Of a stretch of DNA of 64,000 nucleotides, positions 17,596 to 28,216 are shown piece after piece. The translations under genes and the position numbers were made by a program. Numbering within the stretch: position 1 is the stretch's first letter; each line of letters opens with the position of its first letter. Origin of the DNA: a virus; IMG/VR virus record IMGVR_UViG_3300032053_000038, positions 1-64,000 of that record; one strand, given 5' to 3'. The notes beneath the pieces are model-generated. The model was not told where the DNA came from. It saw only the letters and a program-made list of their open reading frames with translations, and ran no database searches.

Positions 17596-18003
17596 TCACC
17601 AAATTCCAGGAGTACCCGGGTTAGTTACTCGATCGCCTATTGCTACTACAGCCACGTGCGCAGGATCTGTTGCGCTAGCATTAGCTAGCTGTAGTTGAGT
17701 ATAAGTAGCATTCACCATGATAAAGTCGGTAATCTCGAAGTCTTTATCGATAGCATTTTGTGTCAGGGTTACTTGAATAGGTTTATCTGTTCTAATCCAG
17801 AGTGTCTTAGCTGTAGCAATACTTCCAATTGGAAGAACCGTTACAGTGGTAGTAGGATTAACGGTAAACGTATTAGCAAAGTAGTCGCCCATGCTAACAT
17901 TAGCCGAAGAAAGGGATGGGTTAGCTAATAGAGTAATTCCCGATCCTGCAGTGGGAGTAATACCATTAATTGATATTGAAGCCGACTGTGAAACATTAAT
18001 CAT
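17596..18003 (-). CDS. Beta-rich structural protein
   Basis: GAGGA RBS; Thr/Val/Ala-rich. Confidence 0.7.
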   Translation of the reverse strand: MINVSQSASISINGITPTAGSGITLLANPSLSSANVSMGDYFANTFTVNPTTTVTVLPIGSIATAKTLWIRTDKPIQVTLTQNAIDKDFEITDFIMVNATYTQLQLANASATDPAHVAVVAIGDRVTNPGTPGIW

Positions 18004-18127
18004 TTTTTATTTCCTCATTAGATTGCTTTTTCTTTGCACATTCAGGACATACTTTAGACCCACTAATAGAACCAGATGTTCTTCCTATCCATTTGTCACA
18101 TCGAGGACAATAGTATCTATCTGTCAA
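17996..18127 (-). CDS. 43-aa Zn-ribbon protein (not in ORF track)
   Basis: GAGGAG RBS + TTG; MTDRYYCPRCDKWIGRTSGSISGSKVCPECAKKKQSNEEIKND*. Confidence 0.7.
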   Translation of the reverse strand: MTDRYYCPRCDKWIGRTSGSISGSKVCPECAKKKQSNEEIKND

Positions 18128-18147
18128 TGTAGTTCTCCTCAAAACTA

Positions 18148-20133
18148 TTATTGCCACTCCACAAGGCCAGCAATACCCGCGTTGAAACTTACTATATAGT
18201 AATAAAGCGGTGGAACTACGAAAAAGAGTTTAACGGGACTATTATTAACATCAGGAGTGTGATAATCCGCAGCTACCAATGTAGTTGGAGGAGAAAAAGA
18301 ATTACAATAGGCACCTCCGCTCGGATTCGAAGCATATCCTGACCAAGTAGATACAAAAAGAGGCTTTGTGGTAGATGTATTTTGATATACACTTCCAGAA
18401 GTACGTGAAGCAGTAGGTACACCTGCCCACGGAGCAGACGCATACTGAGATTGAGCGAGAAGAGGAGAAGCAACATCTTGAACAGATGCATCCGGGAATG
18501 TAATGCCCTGCTCAGTAAGAACAACTTTATTTACAAGACCTGTTGCAGAATCCTTAACTATAAATCCTGGTTGATTAAGAGCGGGAGGAATAGTAATTAT
18601 AGTTGGTGCAGTTACATTTTTTGTAATGTCTACGTTATGATCAATAGTAACTGTATCTGTAGCAGAATCTCTTAAAAGATCATCTGACCCCGTTACGCCA
18701 AATAAACGAAGATCAGCGACGTTAGTGAAGTTGCCCGGACCTGCCCCATTAAAATATGTAAAGGAGTATAATACAAAATCTGTTACAGGGGTAATGATAG
18801 GTAGTGTAGCAACGGTTCGTGTTTCATACACTCCAGTAGGGGATCCAATTTTAACTAGATATTGATCAGTAGTAGTCGGCCCCTGCAATTTGATAGTTTG
18901 AGTTACAGTGTCTAGTACAATTTTGTAATTACCACTGCTACAAGGAGTACCATTATCAACCAAGAAAAATTCGTGGAGACTTCCTATATTGGTAGTTGAG
19001 GATGTGAAAGTTTTACTTTCATTCCCCGTACCTTTGATATGTACAATTTCAGAAGAAGTTAATCCGAAGACACGAAAACTATCCCTTCCATATGTAGGAT
19101 ATCCAGCTCCCGCGGCAGGCTGCACATTTCCATAAAAGCTTGAAGATGTAGATAACTGATCTCCTGCTATACCGGCGCTATGAAAATATTGTTCATGCGA
19201 CTCTGTTGTTTTTCCAGTAAGTCCTAAATCAATAGCAGAGAATCCGTGAGGATTATTCGGCGAAACTGTTCCCACACCTACCGCACGCACGTGCTCTTCG
19301 AAAGTTACAGTCTGTCCTGGAGAATATACAGATGTTACTGGATATACAGGAGGAGCCGCTACTATAGCCTTAACATTGTCAATCTTAATAAAAACAGGTG
19401 TTAAATCCTGTCCACCAGTTGCACTAGAAAAGATAATGTTACCAGGTGCAATGGACCCCGCACCTGTAGGAATTCTATTTACAATTCCAATAAAGATCCA
19501 AAGAGATGGATCAGTAAATCCGGCAGCGGTAAGAACAGCTGTCGGACTATCTGATGTGTTGTTGTTAGGAATTACTATTATTTGATAACCATCATTTATG
19601 GTAGTAAATAATCTCTTATTAGTTATTTTCTGTAGTGTGAATATACTAGTATCTACCACTTCTAGATAAGAAATAAAAATGTAATTTGCTTTAGGTGTCC
19701 CTGAAACCATTCCATACGTAGAAATAGATTTAGAACCAGATATCTGTGGAGCAGGAATAAAATTATCAATTCCATCATCAGCCTTAGTTAAAGGGCCGTT
19801 GGGATCATCATTTACTATAGTAGGATCTCCGGAAGAGTAGTAAAGGCTACTATTATCATATGCATTTACATAATTGACACTGTCATTAATTATAATACGC
19901 TCGCCTACAGAGCTATACGCTACGCCCGTTCCTATATCTACCCGAGTAGGATCTAAAGAGTTAACAGTAATATTAAAGGGACGAGGCTCTGCGAGCACCT
20001 GCGACTGAGCTACAATACCCGTTTGATAAAGATCCGTCAATCTTTCACGGATAGCATCTTCTTTAGAAGACTGTGCTAAGGAAAGATCTTCCTTGAAAAT
20101 AGGTTGATCCGATTGAAAATTTTCTCTTTTCAT
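18148..20133 (-). CDS. Tail fibre / baseplate-attached protein (paralog B)
   Basis: N-terminal DQPIFKEDL..AQS.KED shared with 20546; NNPH motif; fibre-tip RTSGSVYQNTS..FFVVPP. Confidence 0.8.
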   Translation of the reverse strand: MKRENFQSDQPIFKEDLSLAQSSKEDAIRERLTDLYQTGIVAQSQVLAEPRPFNITVNSLDPTRVDIGTGVAYSSVGERIIINDSVNYVNAYDNSSLYYSSGDPTIVNDDPNGPLTKADDGIDNFIPAPQISGSKSISTYGMVSGTPKANYIFISYLEVVDTSIFTLQKITNKRLFTTINDGYQIIVIPNNNTSDSPTAVLTAAGFTDPSLWIFIGIVNRIPTGAGSIAPGNIIFSSATGGQDLTPVFIKIDNVKAIVAAPPVYPVTSVYSPGQTVTFEEHVRAVGVGTVSPNNPHGFSAIDLGLTGKTTESHEQYFHSAGIAGDQLSTSSSFYGNVQPAAGAGYPTYGRDSFRVFGLTSSEIVHIKGTGNESKTFTSSTTNIGSLHEFFLVDNGTPCSSGNYKIVLDTVTQTIKLQGPTTTDQYLVKIGSPTGVYETRTVATLPIITPVTDFVLYSFTYFNGAGPGNFTNVADLRLFGVTGSDDLLRDSATDTVTIDHNVDITKNVTAPTIITIPPALNQPGFIVKDSATGLVNKVVLTEQGITFPDASVQDVASPLLAQSQYASAPWAGVPTASRTSGSVYQNTSTTKPLFVSTWSGYASNPSGGAYCNSFSPPTTLVAADYHTPDVNNSPVKLFFVVPPLYYYIVSFNAGIAGLVEWQ

Positions 20134-20145
20134 GAGCTATACCAT

Positions 20146-20532
20146 TTACTTGTATTCAACTACTGTGAAATATACTGTAACAGTTCCAGCACCGGTACTA
20201 CGACATTGACTAGCGTGAGCAGTTACTGTAGTAGTGTTAGTTAACTCCACACTTGCAGTAGTATCCACATTACTGACTGTAGTAGCTACTGTGGAAGTCA
20301 TCCCATTAAAAATCACAAATGATTTAGATGTAGTAACTGCGGTGATAGTAGATGTATTAGAAGAAGTATTATACTTGTTTGCGGTTCCCGCGGGAATCGT
20401 AATGACAATAGATCCCTTTTGAATAGAATTAACAACTGTCATACTTGCAGGAGTAGTAACTACAGTATAAATATCATCAACTACGGTTTTAATTTGTTGT
20501 GTCTTACTCAAAACAGCTGCAAATAGACTCAT
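20146..20532 (-). CDS. Small fibre/tip protein
   Basis: SIQKG..TITAVTTSKS..ELTNTTTVTA..FTVVEY. Confidence 0.65.
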   Translation of the reverse strand: MSLFAAVLSKTQQIKTVVDDIYTVVTTPASMTVVNSIQKGSIVITIPAGTANKYNTSSNTSTITAVTTSKSFVIFNGMTSTVATTVSNVDTTASVELTNTTTVTAHASQCRSTGAGTVTVYFTVVEYK

Positions 20533-20545
20533 GTAATATACCCCG

Positions 20546-22921
20546 TTAAGCTATACTTTCCGTTATTGAAACGATGTTATCAGTTGCATCATACGTGAAA
20601 GTAGAAGATAAAACCTTATTCCCGGTACGAGTAGTTACACTTGATATTCTGGAAAAAGTATCATAGGTAAGAATAATTTCAGTATCAGCTAATCCCGTTG
20701 CAGTTAATGGCTTCCCAATAGTAGCTGAATCTCCAGAAACAACTATTTCTCGGAGAAGACCTGAATCAGTTGTTCCATTTATAAAACCTAAAACAGTATT
20801 GTTAGCATCAATGCTCAAGGAAGTTTTTGTAAGCAGCTTAATAATGTCTCCTCCCACGGCTTCTGTACCACCATTAGCGACACCTATTTTAAGATCCGCT
20901 GCAATGTTATTAAGGCCTATACCATCAGTAACAATTACAGAACTACCCACTCCACTTATACCCGAAGTAAAGGTATAAACTCCCGTATCATACACTGCAG
21001 TAAAATTGTCATAAGCACCCTGTTTAGCTAGGGTAGCTGCTGTTAATGTCCTCACAGCTGTTTGAATAGCCGCAGCAATAAGTGAGCCAGTTGTTAACAA
21101 AGTTGTTGTAACTGAAACAGTCTGAACACCATCGTCATTAAGATTAACAACAAACGTCCCAGGTGTAGTATGCGCTGAGAGGTCTGTTGAGGGGGTTGTA
21201 TCAGAAATACTAGTTCCTATTAAACCTTGTGAGACCCTAACAGCTAATATGTCTGAAACATTAGTATTGATTAATGAAGTAACTGAATCAATAGGCTGAT
21301 CAGCAGGTAAAGCTGGGAATGTATATACTACTGGAGCTCCGCCATCGACGGTAACACTTAAAGAAGTTCCACCAATTCCTATATATTTAACAAAGCCCGC
21401 AGATTCGACTGCTGGTTGATTTCCCGTAATAGATGCATTATAAAGAGTATAACTCCTATTACCAGTAGCCGCACCAAAAGTAAGGCCATCTAACAACTCC
21501 ATTCTTAGATTGCTTGAGGATGTGGTACCAAATAGACGAAGGTCTGTAGCATAAATAATAGAGGCGTCGTGAAGACCTAAATTAGTAATCGTCCAGTAAA
21601 CTGACGCTAAATAAAATCTATTTGGATCAGGGATTGCTGCACCAAATACTTTGTCAATAACCTTTGTATCCTTCCTCACAAAGAAAGAATAAGTTCCCTC
21701 AGCAAGAGGTACTCCTCCACTATCAACAAATCTAAAGTCGACATCATAAGGAATGTCCGCGTTAGAGACAACAGTCCCTTCTATATTGATATATTCACCA
21801 TCACCTAAAGCCTTAAAAGTTATAAGGTTAGCATAGTCAGTCTGAGAAATAGTTATTACAGGAAAAAGCGCTGATAGCGTTGTTCCAGGTGTAGGTGAAA
21901 CTATACCAGAATCATTTAAAATAGCTCCCAGCTCTTCAATCCCTATGATGCCTAGATCCGCGGCAGTTAGTGCATGAGGATTAAAAGGAGTAATAATGCC
22001 CGTGCCTCTCGCGTTAGAATGATCTTTAAAGGTTGCACCAATACCTATTCTATAAGTAGACGGTCTAGCTACTACCTCTATATTAGTAGCTGCTCTCTTA
22101 GGTTGTATTCGTCCAAACTGCCTGTTTACTATTTCTCTGTCATATACTACTACAATAGAAGCACTGGCATTAGAAATATCAAAAGTCAATACACCTGTAG
22201 CAAAGTCGACAGTGAAAGCATTTGGTCCCACTGTAGTCGAATAGGTGAATCCGGAGATAGTTGGTATACTTTTCGGAATAAAAGATAATGTAATTGTAAA
22301 TGGTCCAGAAGCAGGAACCGTTGTAGAAGTTGATTGACTTACAATACTGTTAGTTGTTGTAATAGTTGTAACCAACCCTCCAGATAGAACTACAGTACCA
22401 ATCAGAATAAATCTAGTTGGGTCAGGATTTGTTCCTGTAAGATTTGTTTGAATTTCAAATCCATCATTCGAATTAACAAATAGTCTTTCACTTGTAAACT
22501 TACTAAGGGTAAAAACCGCCGGGTCAATAGTTTGAAGATAGCCTAACCAAACATAGTTCGTTCCATCTACCAAAGTACTTATATTAACCGAGCCAGATGA
22601 TTGAGGTGTTAAGGTAGTCCCACCAATTCCATTGTCAGTTGTAGTAGTAACATTAGCTGCATTATAAGAAATAAGGGAATCGATTATAATTCTCTCACCC
22701 ACGGGAGAAAAGGCAGTACCCGTAGTAATAGTTATCTTACCCGCGCCGGCATCCAGAATATTTAGCGCTTGAGGCTCCAGCGACAATTGAGAATCCTCGA
22801 GAACACCTACACTACATAAATCTAATAGGCGATTTCGGATAGAATCTTCTTTTGTGGACTGTGCCCTTTCCAGATCTTCCTTGAAAATTGGCTGATCGGG
22901 ATACCAGTTCTCTTTTTTCAT
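20546..22921 (-). CDS. Tail fibre / baseplate-attached protein (paralog A)
   Basis: Same N-terminus as 18148; FNPH; sheath-type insertion domain; YD-like C-terminus. Confidence 0.8.
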   Translation of the reverse strand: MKKENWYPDQPIFKEDLERAQSTKEDSIRNRLLDLCSVGVLEDSQLSLEPQALNILDAGAGKITITTGTAFSPVGERIIIDSLISYNAANVTTTTDNGIGGTTLTPQSSGSVNISTLVDGTNYVWLGYLQTIDPAVFTLSKFTSERLFVNSNDGFEIQTNLTGTNPDPTRFILIGTVVLSGGLVTTITTTNSIVSQSTSTTVPASGPFTITLSFIPKSIPTISGFTYSTTVGPNAFTVDFATGVLTFDISNASASIVVVYDREIVNRQFGRIQPKRAATNIEVVARPSTYRIGIGATFKDHSNARGTGIITPFNPHALTAADLGIIGIEELGAILNDSGIVSPTPGTTLSALFPVITISQTDYANLITFKALGDGEYINIEGTVVSNADIPYDVDFRFVDSGGVPLAEGTYSFFVRKDTKVIDKVFGAAIPDPNRFYLASVYWTITNLGLHDASIIYATDLRLFGTTSSSNLRMELLDGLTFGAATGNRSYTLYNASITGNQPAVESAGFVKYIGIGGTSLSVTVDGGAPVVYTFPALPADQPIDSVTSLINTNVSDILAVRVSQGLIGTSISDTTPSTDLSAHTTPGTFVVNLNDDGVQTVSVTTTLLTTGSLIAAAIQTAVRTLTAATLAKQGAYDNFTAVYDTGVYTFTSGISGVGSSVIVTDGIGLNNIAADLKIGVANGGTEAVGGDIIKLLTKTSLSIDANNTVLGFINGTTDSGLLREIVVSGDSATIGKPLTATGLADTEIILTYDTFSRISSVTTRTGNKVLSSTFTYDATDNIVSITESIA

Positions 22922-22930
22922 GGTTGTGCC

Positions 22931-24766
22931 TTAAGGATTTGTTATCAATACAAATCGTGTATGAGCCGGAACAATTTGTTTAATTAAGAATGAAATTATA
23001 CTTAGGTCCAGAGTAAAGCCTGCCGGATTATTTAAAGTTATCAAAATAGAGAATCCAGTTTCAGTTCTATCATAGATGTTAGGTGTATATGACGGAACGG
23101 TCGGAATTGTAGGATAGAGTGCAGGCTTTTCTGGTACATAGGTATAAATAGTATCTGTTGCATTATACAAGATGTAGAACGGGCCTTGCCCCGAATTAGC
23201 TGCATTAAATGTGACTTCACCTGTTGTAAAGTTTATTGAGTATTCTCCCACTGCAGGAGTAGAACTATAAGGCGAAGGTACAGATAATCCTGTTGTCTCA
23301 GTACCCCCGTTAGCAATACCTAATTTTAAATCAGCTGCTGCGGTGCCACCTAATATAACTACAGTACTCAACGTTGAATCTGTTCCAGATGCAAGAATAT
23401 ACTGAAGTGTCGCTGGTACAAATTCGACTATAAAATTGTCAAAAGCTATTTGATTAGCTGGAGTAACAGCTGTGAGAGCTTGTATCTTCGTTTGTATATC
23501 AGTAGCTATATCAAAGCCATTATTATCTATTGCTAGCGTAATAGTTTGAACTCCATCTCCATTAATATTAACAAAGAGAGTCTTTACTGAAGCTAGGGCA
23601 GTAGCAGCTCCAATTGCAGAAATAGATGACCCTCTAACAGAGGGAAGATTCCTAGGTATTTTCGATAATGTTATTTGAAACGGAAATAATCCTGGAACCG
23701 TAACGGTTTCACTCGTAGTCGTCTCCGCTGCTGTAATAAAATTAGCTAATTCTGAAAAAGGAGTAATAATAGGATCTACTCCCGTAAATGATCTACCAAC
23801 AAACTTGATTGCGTTATAAGTCCCACCGATTAAAGAAGCCCTCCACATCGATTCAACAATATATCTATAATCAGTAAACTCCATTGAGTTTGACTTTAAG
23901 AATCCAAACTTTCGACCATACACATCATAAATACGCGCGTCACGCGTTCTCGCGGTTAAACCATCTTCCTGCGTCAGTGTCATTTCAAGATTAAGTAGAT
24001 CAAACTCATTACCCAACATTTCATAAATAAAAGAAATATTCTTCGTTCTCTGACTCAAAGGTTTGAGAGCTTCTTCATATGGATAAACATGTCTATCAGG
24101 AAGTCCATTAATAAGATCATCAGCAGCTGCACGAGTTGTATCTGGTAATGTTTGTAAGGATAGAGTAGACGACCAACTCGTAAAAGTTATTGGACCAGAT
24201 TTTGATCTCACTCTTGCATAGAATGGAATAGAATCATCTGTTCGAACGTAAATGGGTATGCTAAACCCTTTAACAACATTGCCTCGATGAAATTCTAAAA
24301 TGTCTGTACTACCAACATCCACATATATAACTCGAATAGCAGCGCCGGCATTCGCAGCGTTGAAGGTTAAAATACCTGTAGACAAATCAACAAGATATTG
24401 ACCGGCTGCCGGAGCAGTAGCTACCGGAGTAAACTTTGTAGTTCCACTCTCTACAACGAGAATTCTCTGAGGAATTAAACTTAAAGTTATAGTGTATGTA
24501 GGTACAGCCGGAATTGTGAAATCTTCTGTGCTAGTAGTATATGTAAATAAATTAACAGAATCAAAAGTAGAAACTTGATCTATTTGTAATTGAAAATCTA
24601 AATCTTTAAGAGTTGAAGTGAAAAAATTCTGATCGAAGGTCCACCTAAAAGTATAGATGTTATCCATATCAGTCCTAGTAAAATCTAGAGAGATAGGAAC
24701 GTCTACACCTGTAGGTGAGAAGAAAGATCCAGAACCGTAAAAAGTACCGTCGCCGTAAAAGCTCAT
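22931..24766 (-). CDS. Baseplate wedge protein (gpI-like) with Ig-like inserts
   Basis: IYDVYG..DYR..GGTYNAIK, ends IVPAHTRFVL; downstream of J-like gene. Confidence 0.7.
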   Translation of the reverse strand: MSFYGDGTFYGSGSFFSPTGVDVPISLDFTRTDMDNIYTFRWTFDQNFFTSTLKDLDFQLQIDQVSTFDSVNLFTYTTSTEDFTIPAVPTYTITLSLIPQRILVVESGTTKFTPVATAPAAGQYLVDLSTGILTFNAANAGAAIRVIYVDVGSTDILEFHRGNVVKGFSIPIYVRTDDSIPFYARVRSKSGPITFTSWSSTLSLQTLPDTTRAAADDLINGLPDRHVYPYEEALKPLSQRTKNISFIYEMLGNEFDLLNLEMTLTQEDGLTARTRDARIYDVYGRKFGFLKSNSMEFTDYRYIVESMWRASLIGGTYNAIKFVGRSFTGVDPIITPFSELANFITAAETTTSETVTVPGLFPFQITLSKIPRNLPSVRGSSISAIGAATALASVKTLFVNINGDGVQTITLAIDNNGFDIATDIQTKIQALTAVTPANQIAFDNFIVEFVPATLQYILASGTDSTLSTVVILGGTAAADLKLGIANGGTETTGLSVPSPYSSTPAVGEYSINFTTGEVTFNAANSGQGPFYILYNATDTIYTYVPEKPALYPTIPTVPSYTPNIYDRTETGFSILITLNNPAGFTLDLSIISFLIKQIVPAHTRFVLITNP

Positions 24767-24767
24767 G

Positions 24768-25652
24768 TTATCCCAGTATTACGATTGCTGTACCATTAAA
24801 TCCTTTGAACTGACCGTCTACAACATTAAACCACATAACACCCGCATCAGTTGGGCCTAAGGAAGAAACGAAAGCCGTTTCATTTGGAGTAGTAGTTGAA
24901 TCAATTGTTTGTAGTTGTACCCCTCCTGCATTTCTTACCTTGAAAAGAGTTGTCTTATCTGGAAATACATCATCTGTTGAAAGAAACTGCCAAGAATAAT
25001 TCCCCACAGCTTCATACCAGACTAACTGTGGATCTTTATTAGCTGCATAAGGAAATACCCGTTGAACCTCTATTCCTAAATAACTAGAGGTCGGCGCCGC
25101 CGATCCACTATTAAGAAGAAGTATATCATCTGTAGTTTTTAAGATTTCAGTAACAGTTTCGTTGATTACTGAAACGTTTAGAGTCCCAGTAACAGTTACA
25201 TCTCCAGGAAATGTAAAAGTTTGAGTCGCTGGGATATCCGGAACGATTCCATTCAACTTTGCATAGAAAGGAGCAAGAGGCGTTATAATATTATTGATGT
25301 GAGCAGCATCAATTACAGAGCCTATTCCATTATATGAAATAACAGCTTTCTTTCCCACGTCTCCAGTAAAGAAAGTAATTATCCCCGTGATATAGTCTAC
25401 GGAAAAATGATAAGTACTGGGAGTTGAAGAAAAAGTTTCAATAAAGGGAACAGCTGTATTCTGTTCAACAATAGTCACACCTGTTGGGATAGTGTTACTT
25501 AACTTCTGAGGGGCTTCTCTCAGAAGAACTGTCCCTGAAGCAGGAATAATATAAGTCTCTATGTAAGGCTGAAAGGAAGTTATAACTCTCTTATCATGAA
25601 GAGTTAACAAAGAATCAGAACTTATTTCAGCTGGATCAAGATCAAAAGCCAT
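24768..25652 (-). CDS. Baseplate/fibre-associated protein
   Basis: VDYITG domain, FPGDVTVTGTLNV fibre motif, WFNVVDGQFKGFNG tail. Confidence 0.65.
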   Translation of the reverse strand: MAFDLDPAEISSDSLLTLHDKRVITSFQPYIETYIIPASGTVLLREAPQKLSNTIPTGVTIVEQNTAVPFIETFSSTPSTYHFSVDYITGIITFFTGDVGKKAVISYNGIGSVIDAAHINNIITPLAPFYAKLNGIVPDIPATQTFTFPGDVTVTGTLNVSVINETVTEILKTTDDILLLNSGSAAPTSSYLGIEVQRVFPYAANKDPQLVWYEAVGNYSWQFLSTDDVFPDKTTLFKVRNAGGVQLQTIDSTTTPNETAFVSSLGPTDAGVMWFNVVDGQFKGFNGTAIVILG

Positions 25653-25666
25653 ACTTGAATCTCCCG

Positions 25667-27106
25667 TTAAACAATTACGAGAACATCTGGACGAGCATAT
25701 TCCGTTCTAGAAATTAAAATGTCTGTTACAGTTATAAATGCGGGATCTGTTGGTCTCTTTACTTCAATTAGCAATGTGGTCGTATCTACAGAGTCAACTC
25801 CAGGAGTATTTTGAATGTTAGTAATAACATCAGATCTGTCAACTTTTTCCCCAAGCAACTTACTATTTAAAAGATTACTTAAGTTAGTCGTTGCTTCTGT
25901 AACTACGTCAGCGTGAACATATCCAGCTAAGTTAGTAATAGAAGCATTAACTTTCACTAAAACTTTAACTGCTTCTCTCACTTCAACATCAGTACCTATA
26001 ATCTTAGTGTCATCAGAATCTAGAGAGGATTGTAGACTCGTCACTAAACTATTAACCTCATACAATACGCTAAAAGAACTACCTACATCAGGATAAGGAC
26101 CTCCCAAGAATCTTATCTTTGTTTTAGCATGAGTAGTCCCGCCCGTTAAAGATGTGGTATCAAAAACTACTGAATAATGAGTATCTTTAATAAATGTAAA
26201 AGCTACGCTACTCGCAACGCCTGTAATAGTATCTCCTACAGCAACAATAGGCTGCTGACTCAAAACATATTCAAGTGCATCTGCTGTAAAGGTTCTAGAT
26301 TCAGTAACTTCTTGGAGAATTTGTCCAATAATAACTACATCCGCTGCATTTCCAAATTGGTCACGTGTTAATTCAATATCACCAGGTCTTACCATTAAAG
26401 AATCAACTACTGAGGCATTCTGATTAATTAGTGATAAAATACCGTTTGCAGTTCCAATATTATTTCCTACAAGCTTAGTGTTAATACGACTTAATAAGAC
26501 TGCGTCTGTTTCAACGTCCGCACCTCCAGATGTTGAAAGAGTGTTAGTAATAAGTAAACTCCCCGACAGAGACGTAACTATAGTATCAATGGCACCCACC
26601 GCCACATTTCCAGAAGCGCCTGCTTGAGTAGCTTGAATAGGAACATTTAACTCAAAATATCCCGTAACAGGATTAAAATAAGAATCAGCATTAACCGCCA
26701 GAAAGGTACGTGTAGTAGTTGTCTGAAACGTTATAATGTCCGGAGATAAAGTAGTTGGAGAAGTACTAACTTCTGTACTAATAGGAACAGAAATATCAGA
26801 TGACGCTGTCGAAAAGGTTCGAAGACGAAATATTGCTGTACCTGATGACTGAACTCCCGGCTCGCGCGTTAGCCCTATATTATTAGCATAAGCTGTTAGT
26901 TGATCAGATGTCCAAACAGTCGCATCAGTTAAGGTTTGTTGTATTTGAACATCATTTATAGAGGTATAGGCTGTATTAAATTCGTTAGCTGGCGATTCAA
27001 TTACAACGTCTCTAGTAACAGTTCCTTCCAGCGTTGAGAGCGCAGGAATTTTTGTTGCTATAAAAGCTATAGCTGTATCTATGATCTGACCTAAAGTTCT
27101 AATCAT
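25667..27106 (-). CDS. Baseplate J / gp6-like wedge protein
   Basis: GTVTRD, IGLTR.PG, QAGASGNV..GAI, SGGADVETD..L..RI, PGVDSV. Confidence 0.88.
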   Translation of the reverse strand: MIRTLGQIIDTAIAFIATKIPALSTLEGTVTRDVVIESPANEFNTAYTSINDVQIQQTLTDATVWTSDQLTAYANNIGLTREPGVQSSGTAIFRLRTFSTASSDISVPISTEVSTSPTTLSPDIITFQTTTTRTFLAVNADSYFNPVTGYFELNVPIQATQAGASGNVAVGAIDTIVTSLSGSLLITNTLSTSGGADVETDAVLLSRINTKLVGNNIGTANGILSLINQNASVVDSLMVRPGDIELTRDQFGNAADVVIIGQILQEVTESRTFTADALEYVLSQQPIVAVGDTITGVASSVAFTFIKDTHYSVVFDTTSLTGGTTHAKTKIRFLGGPYPDVGSSFSVLYEVNSLVTSLQSSLDSDDTKIIGTDVEVREAVKVLVKVNASITNLAGYVHADVVTEATTNLSNLLNSKLLGEKVDRSDVITNIQNTPGVDSVDTTTLLIEVKRPTDPAFITVTDILISRTEYARPDVLVIV

Positions 27107-27116
27107 TGTTTTAGCC

Positions 27117-27575
27117 CTATGTAAGCTGTAAGACTAGAGAAGCAACAGACCTACCCGTTTTTGTAATAACATTGAAGCTTACGTCTATGCGGTCAATAGC
27201 AGTTTGTTGTATTCTCATAGAAGTTAAAGTATCAACTTGTTCATCTAAATTAGAATTATTTCTATTAATAAATTGATAGATACGAAGGGCGTCAATAATT
27301 TCTGTCTTAATCTTAGCCCTTAAAAAGTCTATTTCCAGATTGTTACCAATTAAAGATTGTAGTCCAGAACCATATAACGCAAAGAAGGTATTTGCCCCTT
27401 GCTCGGTCACAAGAATCTTTGCAGTTGATTGTTTAAGACATTCAACGCCCTGTACCAATGCAAAGTCGCCATTTTGTACTAAAAGGTCGTTTTCGCCCTG
27501 ACCCCAGAATGTCGGAGACTGTCCAACATGGAGAGGATTATTTGAGTCTTTTTGAGTTCGTAGATATAAATCCAT
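27117..27575 (-). CDS. gp25-like baseplate wedge / sheath initiator
   Basis: GDFALVQG..LKQ..KILVTEQG..YGSGLQSLIG. Confidence 0.85.
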   Translation of the reverse strand: MDLYLRTQKDSNNPLHVGQSPTFWGQGENDLLVQNGDFALVQGVECLKQSTAKILVTEQGANTFFALYGSGLQSLIGNNLEIDFLRAKIKTEIIDALRIYQFINRNNSNLDEQVDTLTSMRIQQTAIDRIDVSFNVITKTGRSVASLVLQLT

Positions 27576-27577
27576 AA

Positions 27578-28216
27578 TTATAATTTTGAAGAAGCTTCTT
27601 TCACCAGATCATCTGTATACTTAATAGTAGTAGTAACTAAAAATTGTAAAAATTCAATCTGTATTTTTAAAAGATCAATAAGAGCTGTTAACTTTTCTAC
27701 TTGTTTCACTCTTCTTCGTATTTCAAATTCAAGGCGTTTAATCTTATTCTTGTAAGAGTTATATCCTTTAACATATTTATTATTACTAAGTGCTGAAGGC
27801 ATCGACGGTTTAGGTATTAACTTTTTAATTGTTTTTACAACAAATTGAACTGGAGGACAATCAGCAAATTCTTTAAAGGGATATTGCCCGCCAAAATTCC
27901 CACCAGTTACCTTACTTGCTGCCCCCCTGTATAAACTAATTGCGCTTGATGTTAACTGATTAAGAAGATTTAATTGATTTACTAAAAGCTGCACAGCTGT
28001 AAGAGTCGCGGTAGCAGTTGATAATAGTCCGTTTAAAAAAGAAGTAAACTGAGATAATAAAGCTGGATTTTTAGCTAAAAGTATGAGAAACTGCTTTAAA
28101 CATAACAGTTTAGCCAACCCGTCAAAGGCGGCTAGAGCAACAGTAGCTACTGCCCCATACTGTCGTTTGATCTCTTTTACCTTAGTATCTAATTCTTTTA
28201 CTATATCTTCAGCCAT
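27578..28216 (-). CDS. Helical hypothetical baseplate-region protein
   Basis: Between spike and gp25-like genes; amphipathic helices. Confidence 0.65.
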   Translation of the reverse strand: MAEDIVKELDTKVKEIKRQYGAVATVALAAFDGLAKLLCLKQFLILLAKNPALLSQFTSFLNGLLSTATATLTAVQLLVNQLNLLNQLTSSAISLYRGAASKVTGGNFGGQYPFKEFADCPPVQFVVKTIKKLIPKPSMPSALSNNKYVKGYNSYKNKIKRLEFEIRRRVKQVEKLTALIDLLKIQIEFLQFLVTTTIKYTDDLVKEASSKL

